From positions 181,164,001-181,228,000 of the forward strand of contig OZ024743.1 in NCBI GenBank assembly GCA_964016885.1: a stretch of 64,000 nt of DNA, written 5' to 3'. This document shows positions 25,329 through 37,810 of this stretch, piece after piece. The DNA comes from Eledone cirrhosa (Eukaryota). A model generated the notes under the pieces. It was not told where the DNA came from and ran no database searches. It saw only the letters and a list, made by a program, of their open reading frames with translations. A program made the position numbers and the translations under genes. Each line of letters starts with the position of its first letter. Positions within the stretch are counted from its first letter, which is position 1.

Positions 25329-25828
25329 GTAGGTAGGTAGGTATGTAGGTAGGTGGGTAGGTAGGTAGGTAGGTAGGTAGGTAGGTAGGTAGGTAGGTAG
25401 GTAGGTAGGTAGGTAAGTAGGTTGGTTGGTAGGTAGGTTGGTAGGTAGATAAGAAGGTAGGTTGGTAGGTAGGTAGGTAGGTAGGTAGGTAGGTAGGTAG
25501 GTAGGTACATAGGTAGGTAGGTAGGTAGGTAGGTAGGTAGGTAGGTAGGTAGGTAGGTACATAGGTAGGTAGGTAGGTAGGTAGGTAGGTAGGTAGGTAG
25601 GTAGGTAGGTAGGTACATAGGTAGGTAGGTACATAGGTAGGTAGGTAGGTAGGTAGGTAGGTAGGTAGGTACGTACGTACGTAGATAGGCGGGTAGGTAG
25701 GTTGGTAGGTACGTAGATAGGTAGGTAGGTAAGTAGGTAGGTAGATATAGAGAGAGAGAGGGGGAGAGAAAGAGAGAGATAGAAAGAGATAGGGAGAAGT
25801 AGAGGTAGATAGATAGATATATAGATAA

Positions 25829-25859
<31 letters not shown>

Positions 25860-25888
25860 TGTTTCTTTATTTAGATAGATAGATACAT
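25329..25888. repeat. (GGTA)n followed by (GA)n and (GATA)n
   Basis: Direct reading. Confidence 0.95.
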
Positions 25889-25959
25889 ACTGCTTTTTGG
25901 AAGAAGGTCAGAAAATGATTGACCTAGCTTTTTCTATGTTATGTGAACTGATAGATATA

Positions 25960-28900
25960 TTTCTTTATTAGCCACAGGGGCACAAAAGAAGGGGACAAAT
26001 ACAAAGGGGGAAGTTTACATACAATAAAAACGTGTAAAATATGATCACAAATGCAATTTAAAAAATTAGTCGATTTTTCCCAATAGGGGGAGACAGTTCA
26101 TATGGGTAACACATGCCCCCGAAAAAATATGCAGCCCTCATCTCCAGGAGTACGAAGAGTTTGTACTCCCTTCCTCTCCTCCTCCTTTTCCTCAACCTAC
26201 AGGCTGATATAGAGAGAAGGCCCATTCACTCGGGCCATTCTCGGCACTTTCACCCACCTTTCATAAAACTTGCTGGGGTACAGCACCTCTCTTTCCATCC
26301 TGATTCTTCTTCCAAAGTGGTATTTGAAAAAAAGAATCAGTTGTTGGCCGGAGAGAAAGGTGTTTGACCTCAGCCCTTTCAGCCTTGTCCACCATACAAC
26401 TTCTTTCGCCATAGCTATCACACAAAGGAAAACCGCCTCTCCTTCGTTTTTGAAGGAGGGTGGCGGTTTGATCATGACAATGGACTCGGTGGTCAACCGG
26501 ATTGGTCCCACCCGCGACAATAGTCGTTCTACATAGCCCCACAGGTCGGTGACGCCCGGGCAGTGTATGAATGCGTGCGCGACGGTTTCTTCGTCTCGCA
26601 CGCACCTTGGACAGATCTTTTTTGTAGGGTCCCTGCCTGGGCGCCCATGTCTGTAGAGCTTGTCTCGAACTGGTAGAGCTCCTCGGTAGCACTGCCAGGC
26701 CAGGGACTTTTGGAAGTTGTCCATCGGTCCCGGGCGGAAGGTCCTACCGAACAGACTGGCCAGTTCATCTTCCTCTACGCCTAGAGTTTCAGCGAGCGCG
26801 TCGTCGCACTTGCTGCGGATCAACCCTCTATAGAATGGCGAAGTGGAGTCTCCACTGATCGCCGGGTCCGCCTGCCAGAGGGCTGTGAGCGCCTGAGCAC
26901 ATTCGATGTGCCAGTCGCCCATTTTCCTCGGTCTCTGCTTGATCCAGGACTGCAGCTCGGTCAGCGAGACGAGTCGTGGGAAGGCGCGCCTCACGAACGG
27001 GGCCCACACCGGTTGTCCGGTGAGGAATACGTAGAGATGCCGCATCTTGAGCGCGTGTTTGCGCATCGTCAACCACGGCATCCCCAGCCCTCCGTTAGAA
27101 GGGTGTTGGCAGCAGATGGATCTTCTCACCAAAGGAGCCCGCCTCGTCCAAAGGAATCAGGAAGAGCGCGCGTTCCATTTTGGTGAGCGTTTTGGTTGGA
27201 CAAGGCACGACGGTCAAGCGGTAGTAGATGGCGGACGCTATAAAAGTGTTCGCGACCTCCGCTCGACCTTTCAAGGATAGTTTTCACTCGGCCCACTTCT
27301 GGGTGAGTGCAAACACCTTGGCCGTCACTTCGTTCCAGTTCTTCTCCACCTGAAGGTCCGGACCAAACCAGACCCCGAGCAGCTTTACCGGTCCTTCCGT
27401 CCAGCGTCCGATGACGTCATCGTGAGGCATCGGTTTGCCTCTCCACGATCCGAGTTGCAAACCGATGGACTTGTCCCGGTTCAGTTTCGCTCCTGTGAAA
27501 CTTTCGTATTGCTTCAGTAAGGTGCCGACTTCCTCGATTTGCGAGGCGTTCGACACCATTACTGTCACGTCGTCGGCGTAGGCCGACGCCGCTTTCCGCA
27601 GTCCCGGTTCCAGAGGGATGCCCTGCAATAGCTCCAACTTCCGCAGTAGTGGCTCGAGAGTCAGTACGTACAGAAGGGAGAAGAGAGGGCATCCCTGTCG
27701 AATGGATCACGTAATATGGAACGGCTCCGAGAGGTAGCCGTTCACCTTGACCCTTGAGCAGATGTTGCTGTTGTGCATTGCAGCAATCCAGCCCCTGAAC
27801 ATGGATCCGAAGCCTGCCGCCTCGAGCACCGCATCCAGGTAACGATAGTCAACACTATCGAAAGCCTTAGACTGATCCAAGTTGATCAGGGCCCCACCGA
27901 AGCCGGGTTTACACCCTACCCTCTCTATGATGTATCGCATGAGGTGGAGGTTGTCGTGTATGGACCTGGTCGGGATTGTGCATGTCTGCGCTTCTCCCAC
28001 CAGGTTCTCGACGACAAGCGACAGCCTCTTTGCCAACACCTCGGCCAAAATCTGTAACTCTGTGTTTAGCAGAGTTATGGGCCGGAAGTTGCCTATGCCA
28101 TCCCCCTTATTCTCGTCCTTCCTGACTAGTGTGACTACGCCTCCGGTCACAGAACTGGGAATTCTCCCGTTCTGTTACCAGTTGCAGTAGACCGCTTCCA
28201 GGAGACCACAGAATAAGTCTGGCATTTCTACATAAAATTCGTAGGATAGACCGTCGAGACCTGGAGATTTGCGTTTGCCGCATTGGCTCAGCGCGTCCCA
28301 TATCTCAGCGGCTGAAATCGGCTTTTCGCAGAATTTTGCCTCTCTGTCCGAGAGTCGCGGTAGGCCGTCGAGGTATGAACCGAAATCCATAGCCCTCACG
28401 GCGCGCCGCCCCGCCCGAACAGTTGAGCAAAGTGCCGCTGAAAGGCCGCACACATCTGCTTCGGCTTACGTATCACGCGTCCGTTTTGGTCCTTCAAAGA
28501 CCGAATCGTGGACTTGTTGTCACTTTTTGCCTCCGTTACTCGGGCCCAGCTAACAGCTTTGGCTCCCTCGTTTCCCAGAACACGTATTTTGCTTCTGACA
28601 ACGTAGCCCTCGTACTTTGCGTCGAAGAACTGGTCCAAGGCCGTTCTCGTTGCTAACACGCTGGCTACGTTGCCACTTCTAATTGCCTCTTCTACTTTAT
28701 CTACCAGTTCATTCTCGGTTCAATTTCTATCTAACGCTAATTATTTACTAAAAACTAACGAGTCTAATCTAACTTCCCTCTTGAGAGAGTACCACCATCT
28801 GTTGTTGACAATGGCCCCTGTCAAGTGCTGTTTAATTAAAGTGCTAATCCGTCTACTGTAGGCTTTGCATGTCGGTAACGACAAGTTTAGCTTCCAGTAG

Positions 28901-31785
28901 CCGGGTCCTTGTCTATGGGTTCTATCAAGGTTGACCATGCAGGTCACTAGTTTGTGATCTGAATAGGCAACCATGAACATTTGTGGACAGCTTAACATGT
29001 CCCTATCCTTATTTCTAACTAGAACCCTATCTAGGTATGATCTAGATGTTCCGCTAATATTAGTCCACGTCCACAGTGGCACACTCGGAAAATCTAGTCG
29101 ATATCTATCGGCCAGGTCAAATCGGTCGATTAACTGTTTGAGGCTGTTACACCCCCTTTATCGGGACATGCTCCCACATAGTCCCAATGTGCATCTAGGA
29201 TTCCATTCCAGTCCCCACTAAAAGCAAGGAGCGGGATGTTCCCAGAAAAGTCTCTAGACGTTTGAAGAAGTCTGGTCGCGGTGTCCTGGATGGGGCATAT
29301 GCGGCCACCAGCCTGAAGGCTCCACCTTCACTACCGTCAATGTCTAGGACCACCAGTCGACCCTCCGGGTCCAGATGTACCGTCTGTGTTACGAGGCCCA
29401 GGTGTTTCCACAGCAAAACGGCAACTCCGCCCCCACCCCTCACCCCCGGTTGACTGAGAGATGCGTAGATCTCAAAGTCATCGAAGATGGAGGCCAGCTG
29501 TCGCTCGATGTGGATCCTGGACTCGCAAATGGCTACCACATCCATACTGTGCGACCTGAGGTCGTTTAAGAGTTTGCCCTGTTTCCAGGGCATCCCCAGG
29601 CCGCGTACGTTCACACATACAACTCTTACATTGGCCATGTTGGTGCTGAAAAGTTAAAAGAGGAAAAGAGATCACTCACAATTCGTCTCCTGGGGACCAG
29701 GCTGCACGATTTCCATGGGGGTGTTGGAGGGGTTGTCTGGGTGGGTGGTGGTTTCTGGTGGGGTGGGGTCTGGTGGGATGAGTGTGTCTGGAGTGGGGAG
29801 ACATTTGAGAAGGACGCAGTTAAGTGGTTTCACGCAGGAATTCCCCACATCCTTTTCAAAAGTTTCTTTTAGGAACCTATAAGTTTGTATAGGGACCCTA
29901 ATCAGTTTTAGGTTCAGTTTTTTGTTATTTTTAATAGAGTGGGCGAAAGTTTTCCCTTCGGTTTTCACCGAAGGGTCGTTCGTGATGGTCTCCATTAGTG
30001 TTTTGTTTTCAGTGTTTATGTAAGTGTAAGTGTAATTTTCTTGTGTTGTGTTTGTTTTTTGTCTGTAGTTCTTGTGTGTGCTTTCGTTTTGTTGTAGGTA
30101 TTTTGTTTTCAGGAGGTGGAGGTTTTGTTTGTGATGTTTTTGTTGTTTGTGTTGGTGGTTGTATGTTTGTGGTAGTGTTTGCTGGTTTTTTGCTTTTGTG
30201 ATATCTTTTCTTTATTTTCGAGCGATGGGGTTCTCCCTCGTCTTCACTGGGTGATGGCGAGATAGCCTCATCTGTTGTATCGTCTGTGTGATTGGGGAGG
30301 GGTATGTCTTGGGGAGCTGTTGTGTCTGTATGTGATTTTGCAGTGGTTTTAGGTGGAGTGGGGTTGGGTGGGACTGTGTTTGTTGTGGTTATTTTTGTGT
30401 GTTGGTGTTGTTGTTGTTGTGGTGGTGTTGGTGCTTGTGTTGTTTTGATGGGTGTCGGCAGAAGAGCCTTTTTTTGGTTCATTAGTTTAGGACAGGAAGC
30501 CCTCAGGTGACCCCTGCTAAAGCAATGGTAACATGAAGGCCGCCTACCCTCAACCGAAAGGTTTATGTAGGTGAGTCCGTCCAGAAGTACACGCTGTGGG
30601 ATCATAGCTATTCGCTCTGGGCTCATTTGCACCAGAACTTCAATGCTAGTCCCATTGAATACATCTCTGGGGGACTTTCCTACTGACAGTATTCTGTCTT
30701 CATCAAAATTGATGAAGCCGCACAGTATCCACCATATGTTCACCTTTGGTGTGACACTTGTGATTCTGATCTTTTGTGTCCTTTTTCCCATGTATGTAGG
30801 GAAAAATGTGTACAGGTTGGATACAATTGGCGACACAGAGTAATTTTGGGCCGTCAATTGATCCTTCATGAGTACCGAAATACTCCCAAGAAGTTTGCTT
30901 CTTTGAATGAATGCAATATCATTCATTGAATCTTTGAAAACCAGTTCAATATCTTTCTGTGACAATTGGACTGGTTTTCGGGTAGAATTGGAAACTGTCC
31001 TAAAAACTATCGTTTTGAGAGCAGTTTCCTTGCGAATTTCTACCGGAGAATTGATGCTGAAAGCACCATTTTTTTCGAAGGTGACATATCTCTTAGCGTC
31101 CTTTAAAAGGTGTTCAGCATTTGTTATGTCGAGATATATCAATTGTTCTTTCTTTTGAACTTTCTCCGCAAAGGAGATTTTTGGTTTCTTTGTGGAATCC
31201 GTATTGGTGGTGTTGTCATTATTGTTGTTATTGTTGTTGTTATTCTTGTTGTCACCGATGTTGGTATCATCCGTATTTTCCTTGGTGTTGTTGTTGTCTT
31301 TGATGCTGGTGTTATTGGCGTTGTCTTTATTTTTTTTTCTTTATTGTTGTTATCATTGTTGCTTTTATCGTCATTATTGGTTTTGCTGTTATTTTTGTTG
31401 TCATTGAGCTGTTTGGTGTCATTTGTGTTGTTTGGATGTGAATTCGTTTTTTTATTTTCATTTTGTCTTTCCATCTCTATAGTATCTAGTGAAGAAGACG
31501 TTGTTGACTGCGAGCTTTGTAGTCTTACCGCCTCTCCACCACCATTATCGTTGGACGCAGCGTTCATAATGTAATCAAAATTTTACAATATTTTTTCCAA
31601 GATTCGATGGAGAAACATTTTTTAAATGGATATTCCGCCCCTGTAGGGGTGAAAATGAGTTGACCCATCACCTGAAGGTCCAGACGGGTGGTCAAGTTAC
31701 ACAATGATATAAAATTTAACTAAAAACTCACGTTTTTTTCTTACATAAATTAACGGAAACTTCTCCGCGAAGTGACACGCGTCTA
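25960..31785 (-). mobile_element. Tx1B element copy 1, full length, ORF1 and ORF2 disrupted
   Basis: Colinear with 31839-37662; ORF2 split into pieces between 26197 and 29638, ORF1 into 29672-31567; (GATA)n at both ends. Confidence 0.93.

Positions 31786-31786
<1 letters not shown>

Positions 31787-31836
<50 letters not shown>
31787..31836. repeat. (GATA)n spacer between the tandem Tx1B copies
   Basis: Direct reading. Confidence 0.95.
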
Positions 31837-32074
31837 TATTTCTTTATTAGCCACAGGGGCACAAAAGAAGGGGACAAATACAAAGGGGGAAGTTTACATA
31901 CAATAAAAACGTGTAAAATGTTATCACAGATGGAATTTAAAAGTTAGTCGATTTTCCCCAATAGAGGGAGACAGTTTATATGGGTAACACATACCCCCGA
32001 AAAAATGTGCAACCCTCATCTCCAGGAGTACGAAGAGCTTGTACTCCTTTCCTCTCCTCCTCCTTTTCCTCAAT

Positions 32075-35000
32075 CTACAGGCTGATATAGAGAGAAGGCC
32101 CATTCACTCGGGCCATTCTCGCCACTTTCACCCACCTTTCATAAAACTTGCTGCGGTACAGCACCTCTCTCTCCATCCTGATTCTTCTTCCAAAGTGGTA
32201 TTTGAAAAAAAGAATCAGTTGTTGGCCGGAGAGAAAGGTGTCTGACCTCAGCCCTTTCAACCTTGTCCACCATACAACCTCTTTCGCCATAGCTATCACA
32301 CAAAGGAAAACCGCCTCTCCTTCGTTTTTGAAGGAGGGTGGCGGTTTGATCATGACAATGGACTCGGTGGTCAACTGGATTGGTCCCACCCGCGACAATA
32401 GTCGTTCTACATATCCCCACAGGTCAGTGACGCCCGGGCAGTGTATGAATGCGTGCGCGACGGTTTCTTCGTCTCGCACGCACCTCGGACAGATCTTTTT
32501 TGCAGGGTCCCTGCCCGGGCGCCCATGTCTGTAGAGCTTGTCTCGAACTGGTAGAGCTCCTCGGTAGCACTGCCAGGCCAGGGACTTTTGGAAGTTGTCC
32601 ATCGGTCCCGGGCGGAAGGTCCCACCGAACAGACTGGCCAGTTCATCTTCCTCCACGCCTAGAGTTTCACCGAGCGCGTCGTCGCACTTGCTGCGGACCA
32701 ACCCTCTATAGAATGACGAAGTGGAGTCTCCACTGATCGCCGGGTCCGCCTGCCAGAGGGCTGTGAGCGCCTGAGCACATTCGATGTGCCAGTCGCCCAT
32801 TTTCCTCGGTCTCTGCTTGACCCAGGACTGCAGCTCGGTCAGTGAGACGAGTCGTGGGAAGGCTCGCCTCACGAACGGGGCCCACACCGGTTGTCCGGTG
32901 AGGAATACGTAGAGATGCCGCAGCCTGAGCGCGTGTTTGCGCATCGTCAACCACGGCATCCCCAGCCCTCCGTTAGAAGGGTGTTGGCAGCAGATGGATC
33001 TTCTTACCAAAGGAGCCCGCCTCTTCCAAAGGAATCGGAAGAGGGCGCGCTCCATTTTGGCGAGCGTTTTGGCTGGACAAGGCACGACGGTCAAGCGGTA
33101 GTAGATGGCGGACGCTATAAAAGTGTTCGCCACCTCCGCTCGACCTTTCAAGGATAGTTTGCACTCGGCCCACTTCTGGGTGAGTGCAAACACCTTGGCC
33201 GTCACTTCGTTCCAGTTCTTCTCCACCTGGAGGTCCGGACCAAACCAGACCCCGAGCAGCTTTACCGGTCCTTCCGTCCAGCGTCCGACGACGCCATCGG
33301 AAGGCATCGGTCTGCCTCTCCACGATCCGAGTTGCAAACCGATGGACTTGTCCCGGTTCAGCTTCGCTCCTGTGAGACTTTCGTATTCCTTTAGTAAGGT
33401 GCCGACTTTCTCGATTTGCGAGGCGCTCGACACCATTACTGTCACGTCGTCGGCGTAGGCCGACGCCGCTTTCCGCAGTCCCGGTTCCAGAGGGATGCCC
33501 TGCAATAGCTCCAGCTTCCGCAGTAGTGGCTCGAGAGTCAGTACGTACAGAAGGGAGGAGAGAGGGCATCCCTGTCGAATGGATCGCGTAATATGGAACG
33601 GCTCCGAGAGGTAACCGTTCACCTTGACCCTTGAGCAGATGTTGCTGTTGTGCATTGCAGCAATCCAGCCCCTGAACACGGGTCCGAAGCCTGCCGCCTC
33701 GAGCACCGCATACAGGTAACGATGGTCAACCCTATCGAAAGCCTTAGACTGATCCAAGTTGATCAGGGCCCCACCGAAGCCGGGTTTACACCCTACCCTC
33801 TCTATGATGTATCGCATGAGGTGGAGGTTGTCGTGTATGGACCTGGTCGGGATCGCGCATGTCTGCGCTTCTCCCACCAGGTTCTCGACGACAAGCGCCA
33901 GCCTCTTTGCCAACACCTTGGCCAAAATCTGTAACTCTGTGTTTAGCAGAGTTATGGGCCGGAAGTTGCCTATGTCATCCCCCTTATTCTCGTCCTTCCT
34001 GATTAGTGTGACCACGCCCCCGGTTACAGAACTGGGAATTCTCCCGTTCTGTTGCCAGTTGCAGTAGACCGCTTCCAGGAGACCGGAGAATAAGTCCGGC
34101 ATTGCTACGTAAAATTCGTAGGGTAGACCGTCGAGACCTGGAGATTTGCGTTTGCCGCATTGGCTCAGCGCGTCCCCTATCTCAGTGGCTGAAATCGGCT
34201 TTTCGCAGAACTTCGCCTCGCTGTCCGAGAGTCGCGGTAGGCCGTCGAGGTATGGACCGAAATCCATAGCCTCTCCCGGCGCGCCGCTCCCCCCGAACAG
34301 CCGAGCAAAGTGCCGCTGAAAAGCCGCACACATCTGCTTCGGCTCACGTATCACGCGTCCGTTTTGGTCCTTCAAAGACCGAATCGTGGACTTGTTGCCA
34401 CTTTTTGCCTCCGTCACTCGGGCCCAGCTAACAGCTTTGGCTCCCTCGTTTCCCAGAGCACGTATTTTGCTTCTGACAACGCAGCCCTCGTGCTTTGCGT
34501 CGAAGAACTGGTCCAAGGCCGTTCTCGTTGCTAGCACGCTGGCTACGTTGCCACTTCTAATAGCCTCTTCTACTTTATCTACCAGTTCCTTCTCGGTTCT
34601 ATTTCTATCTAACGCTAATTCTTTACTAAAAACTATCGAGTCTAATCTAACTGCCCTCTTGAGAGAGTACCACCATCTGTTGTTGACAATGGCCCCTGTC
34701 AAGTGCTGTTTAACTAAAGTGCTAATCCGTCTACTGTAGGCTTTGCTTGTCGGTAACGACAAGTTCAGCTTCCAGTAGCCGGGTCCTTGTCTATGGGTTC
34801 TATCAAGGTTGGCCATGCAGGTCACTAGTTTGTGATCCGAATAGGGAACCATGAACATTTGTGGACAGCTTAACATGTCCCTATCCTTATTTCTAACTAG
34901 AACCCTATCTAGGTACGATCTAGATGTTCCGCTACGATTACTCCACGTCCACAGTGGCGCAGTCGGAAAATCTAGTCGATATCTATCGGCCAGGTCAAAT

Positions 35001-35512
35001 CGGTCGATTAACTGTTTGAGGCTGTTACACCCCCCTTTATCGGGACATGCTCCCACATAGTCCCAACGTGCATCTAGGATTCCATTCCAGTCCCCCACTA
35101 AAAGCAAGGAGCGGGACGTTCCCAGAAAAGTCTCTAGACGTTTGAAGAAGTCTGGCCGCGGTGTCCCGGACGGGGCATATGCGGCCACCAGCCTGAACGC
35201 TCCACCTTCACTACCGTCAACGTCTAGGACCACCAGTCGACCCTCCGGGTCCAGATGTACCGTCTGTGTTACGAGGCCCAGGTGTTTCCGCAGCAAAACG
35301 GCAACTCCGCCCCCACCCCCCGGTTGACAGAGAGATGCGTAGATCTCAAAGTCATCGAAGATGGGGGCCAGCTGTCGCTCGCCGTGGATCCTGGACTCGC
35401 AAATGGCTACCACATCCAAACTGTGCGACCTGAGGTCGTTTAAGAGTTTGCCCTGTTTCCAGGGCATCCCCAGGCCGCGTACGTTCACACATCCAACTCT
35501 TATATTGGCCAT
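32075..35512 (-). CDS. Tx1B ORF2: APE endonuclease + reverse transcriptase + C-terminal zinc finger (1145 aa)
   Basis: NVRGL, AICES, GDWN, YLDR, SDH; KSPGLDG, FRPITLLN, DQSKAFD, RQGCPLS, AYADD, GGLG; CPRC..ETVAHAFIHC. Confidence 0.95.
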   Translation of the reverse strand: MANIRVGCVNVRGLGMPWKQGKLLNDLRSHSLDVVAICESRIHGERQLAPIFDDFEIYASLCQPGGGGGVAVLLRKHLGLVTQTVHLDPEGRLVVLDVDGSEGGAFRLVAAYAPSGTPRPDFFKRLETFLGTSRSLLLVGDWNGILDARWDYVGACPDKGGCNSLKQLIDRFDLADRYRLDFPTAPLWTWSNRSGTSRSYLDRVLVRNKDRDMLSCPQMFMVPYSDHKLVTCMANLDRTHRQGPGYWKLNLSLPTSKAYSRRISTLVKQHLTGAIVNNRWWYSLKRAVRLDSIVFSKELALDRNRTEKELVDKVEEAIRSGNVASVLATRTALDQFFDAKHEGCVVRSKIRALGNEGAKAVSWARVTEAKSGNKSTIRSLKDQNGRVIREPKQMCAAFQRHFARLFGGSGAPGEAMDFGPYLDGLPRLSDSEAKFCEKPISATEIGDALSQCGKRKSPGLDGLPYEFYVAMPDLFSGLLEAVYCNWQQNGRIPSSVTGGVVTLIRKDENKGDDIGNFRPITLLNTELQILAKVLAKRLALVVENLVGEAQTCAIPTRSIHDNLHLMRYIIERVGCKPGFGGALINLDQSKAFDRVDHRYLYAVLEAAGFGPVFRGWIAAMHNSNICSRVKVNGYLSEPFHITRSIRQGCPLSSLLYVLTLEPLLRKLELLQGIPLEPGLRKAASAYADDVTVMVSSASQIEKVGTLLKEYESLTGAKLNRDKSIGLQLGSWRGRPMPSDGVVGRWTEGPVKLLGVWFGPDLQVEKNWNEVTAKVFALTQKWAECKLSLKGRAEVANTFIASAIYYRLTVVPCPAKTLAKMERALFRFLWKRRAPLVRRSICCQHPSNGGLGMPWLTMRKHALRLRHLYVFLTGQPVWAPFVRRAFPRLVSLTELQSWVKQRPRKMGDWHIECAQALTALWQADPAISGDSTSSFYRGLVRSKCDDALGETLGVEEDELASLFGGTFRPGPMDNFQKSLAWQCYRGALPVRDKLYRHGRPGRDPAKKICPRCVRDEETVAHAFIHCPGVTDLWGYVERLLSRVGPIQLTTESIVMIKPPPSFKNEGEAVFLCVIAMAKEVVWWTRLKGLRSDTFLSGQQLILFFKYHFGRRIRMEREVLYRSKFYERWVKVARMARVNGPSLYISL

Positions 35513-35545
35513 GTTGGTGCTGAAAAGTTAAAAGAGGAAAAGAGA

Positions 35546-37444
35546 TCACTCACCCTTCGCCTCCTGGGGACCAGGCCGCACGATTTCCATGGGGGTGTTG
35601 GAGGGGTTGTCTGGATGGGTGGTGGTTTCCGGCGGGGTGGGGACGCAGATGTTTGGTGGGGTGGGGTCTGGTGGGATGGGGGTGTCTGGGGTGGGGAGGC
35701 ATTTGAGAAGGACGCGGTTGAGTGGTTTCACGCAGGAATTCCCCACATCCTTCTCAAATGTTTCTTTTAGGGACCTATAAGTTTGTATAGGGACCCTAAT
35801 CAGTTTTAGGTTCATTTTTTTGCTATTTTTTATAGAGTGGGCAAAAGTTTTCCCTTCGTTCGTAATGGTCTCCATTAGTGTTTTGTTTTCAGTGTTTATG
35901 TAAGTGTAAGTGTAATTTTCTTGTGTTGTGTTTGTTTTTGTCTGTAGTTCTTGTGTGTGCTTTCGTTTTGTTGTAGGTATTTTGTTTACAGGAGGTGGGG
36001 GTTTTGTTTGTGATATTTTTGTTGTTTGTGTTGGTGGTTGTATGTTTGTGGTAGTGTTTGCTGGTTTTTTGCTTTTGTGATGTCTTTTCTTTCTTTTCGA
36101 GCGATGGGGTTCTCCCTCGTCTTCACTGGGTGATGGCGAGATAGCCTCATCTGTTGTATCGTCTGTGTGATTGGGGAGGGGTATGTCTTGGGGAGCTGTT
36201 GTGTCTGTATGTGATTTTGCAGTGGTTTTAGGTGGAGTGAGGTTGGGTGGGACTGTGTTTGTTGTGGTTATTTTTGTGTGTTGGTGTTGTTGTTGTAGTG
36301 GTGGTGTTGGTGGTTGTGTTGTTTTGATGGGTGTTGGCAGAAGAGCCTTTTTTTGGTTCATTAGTTTAGGACAGGAAGCCCTCAGGTGACCCCTGCTAAA
36401 GCAATGGTAACATGAAGGCCGCCTACCCTCAACCGAAAGGTTTATGTAGGTAAGTCCGTCCAGGAGTACACGCTGTGGGATCATAGCTATTCGCTCTGGG
36501 CTCATTTGCACCAGAACTTCAATGCTAGTCCCATTGAATACATCTCTGGGGGACTTGCCTACTGACAGTATTCTGTCTTCATCAAAATTGATGAAGCCGC
36601 ACAGTATCCACCATATGTTCACCTTTGGTGTGACACTTGTGATTCTGATCTTTTGTGTCCTTTTTTCCATGTATGTAGGGAAAAAGGTGTACAGGTTGGA
36701 TACAATTGGCGACACAGAGTAATTTTGGGCCGTCAATTGATCCTTCATCAGTACCGAAATACTCCCAAAAAGTTTACTTCTTTGAATGAATGCAATATCA
36801 TTCATTGAATCTTTGAAAACCAGTTCAATATCTTTCTGTGACAATTGGACTGGTTTTCGGGTAGAATTGGAAACTGTCCTAAAAACTATCGTTTTGAGAG
36901 CAGTTTCCTTGCGAATTTCTACCGGAGAATTGATGCTGAAAGCACCATTTTTTTCGAAGGTGACATATCTCTTAGCGTCCTTTAAAAGGTGTTCAGCATT
37001 TGTTATGTCGAGATATATCAATTGTTCTTTCTTTTGAACTTTCTCCGCAAAGGAGATTTTTGGTTTCTTTGTGGAATCCGTATTGGTGGTGTTGTCATTA
37101 TTGTTGTTATTCTTGTTTTTATTCTTGTTGTCACCGATGTTGGTATCATCCGTATTTTCCTTGGTGTTGTTGTTGTCTTTGATGCTGGTGTTATTGGCGT
37201 TGTCTTTATTTTTTTCTTTGTTGTTGTTATCATTGTTGCTTTTATCATCATTATTGGTTTTGCTGTTATTTTTGTTGTCATTGAGCTGTTTGGTGTCATT
37301 TGTGTTGTTTGGATGTGAATTCGTTTTTTTATTTTCATTTTGTCTTTCCATCTCTATAGTATCTAGTGAAGAAGACGTTGTTGACTGCGAGCTTTGTAGT
37401 CTTACCGCCTCTCCACCACCATTATCGTTGGACGCAGCGTTCAT
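35546..37444 (-). CDS. Tx1B ORF1 (632 aa), CCHC zinc knuckle
   Basis: CYHCFSRGHLRASC; N/T/P-rich low-complexity flanks; lies immediately upstream of ORF2. Confidence 0.88.
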   Translation of the reverse strand: MNAASNDNGGGEAVRLQSSQSTTSSSLDTIEMERQNENKKTNSHPNNTNDTKQLNDNKNNSKTNNDDKSNNDNNNKEKNKDNANNTSIKDNNNTKENTDDTNIGDNKNKNKNNNNNDNTTNTDSTKKPKISFAEKVQKKEQLIYLDITNAEHLLKDAKRYVTFEKNGAFSINSPVEIRKETALKTIVFRTVSNSTRKPVQLSQKDIELVFKDSMNDIAFIQRSKLFGSISVLMKDQLTAQNYSVSPIVSNLYTFFPTYMEKRTQKIRITSVTPKVNIWWILCGFINFDEDRILSVGKSPRDVFNGTSIEVLVQMSPERIAMIPQRVLLDGLTYINLSVEGRRPSCYHCFSRGHLRASCPKLMNQKKALLPTPIKTTQPPTPPLQQQHQHTKITTTNTVPPNLTPPKTTAKSHTDTTAPQDIPLPNHTDDTTDEAISPSPSEDEGEPHRSKRKKRHHKSKKPANTTTNIQPPTQTTKISQTKPPPPVNKIPTTKRKHTQELQTKTNTTQENYTYTYINTENKTLMETITNEGKTFAHSIKNSKKMNLKLIRVPIQTYRSLKETFEKDVGNSCVKPLNRVLLKCLPTPDTPIPPDPTPPNICVPTPPETTTHPDNPSNTPMEIVRPGPQEAKGE

Positions 37445-37662
37445 AATGTAATCAAAATTTTACAATATTTTTTCCAAGATTCGATGGAGAAACATTTTTT
37501 AAATGGATATTCCGCCCCTGTAGGGGTGAAAATGAGTTGACCCATCACCTGAAGGTCCAGACGGGTGGTCAAGTTACACAATGATATAAAATTTAACTAA
37601 AAACTCACGTTTTTTTCTTACATAAATTAACGGAAACTTCTCCGCGAAGTGACACGCGTCTA

Positions 37663-37810
<148 letters not shown>

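Larger units (their letters stand above)
31839..37662 (-). mobile_element. Tx1B element copy 2, full length and intact (Tx1/L1-group LINE)
   Basis: 5' end TAGACGCGTGTCAC, two intact ORFs, 3' end TGTGGCTAATAAAGAAA, flanked by (TATC)n on its sense strand. Confidence 0.95.
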
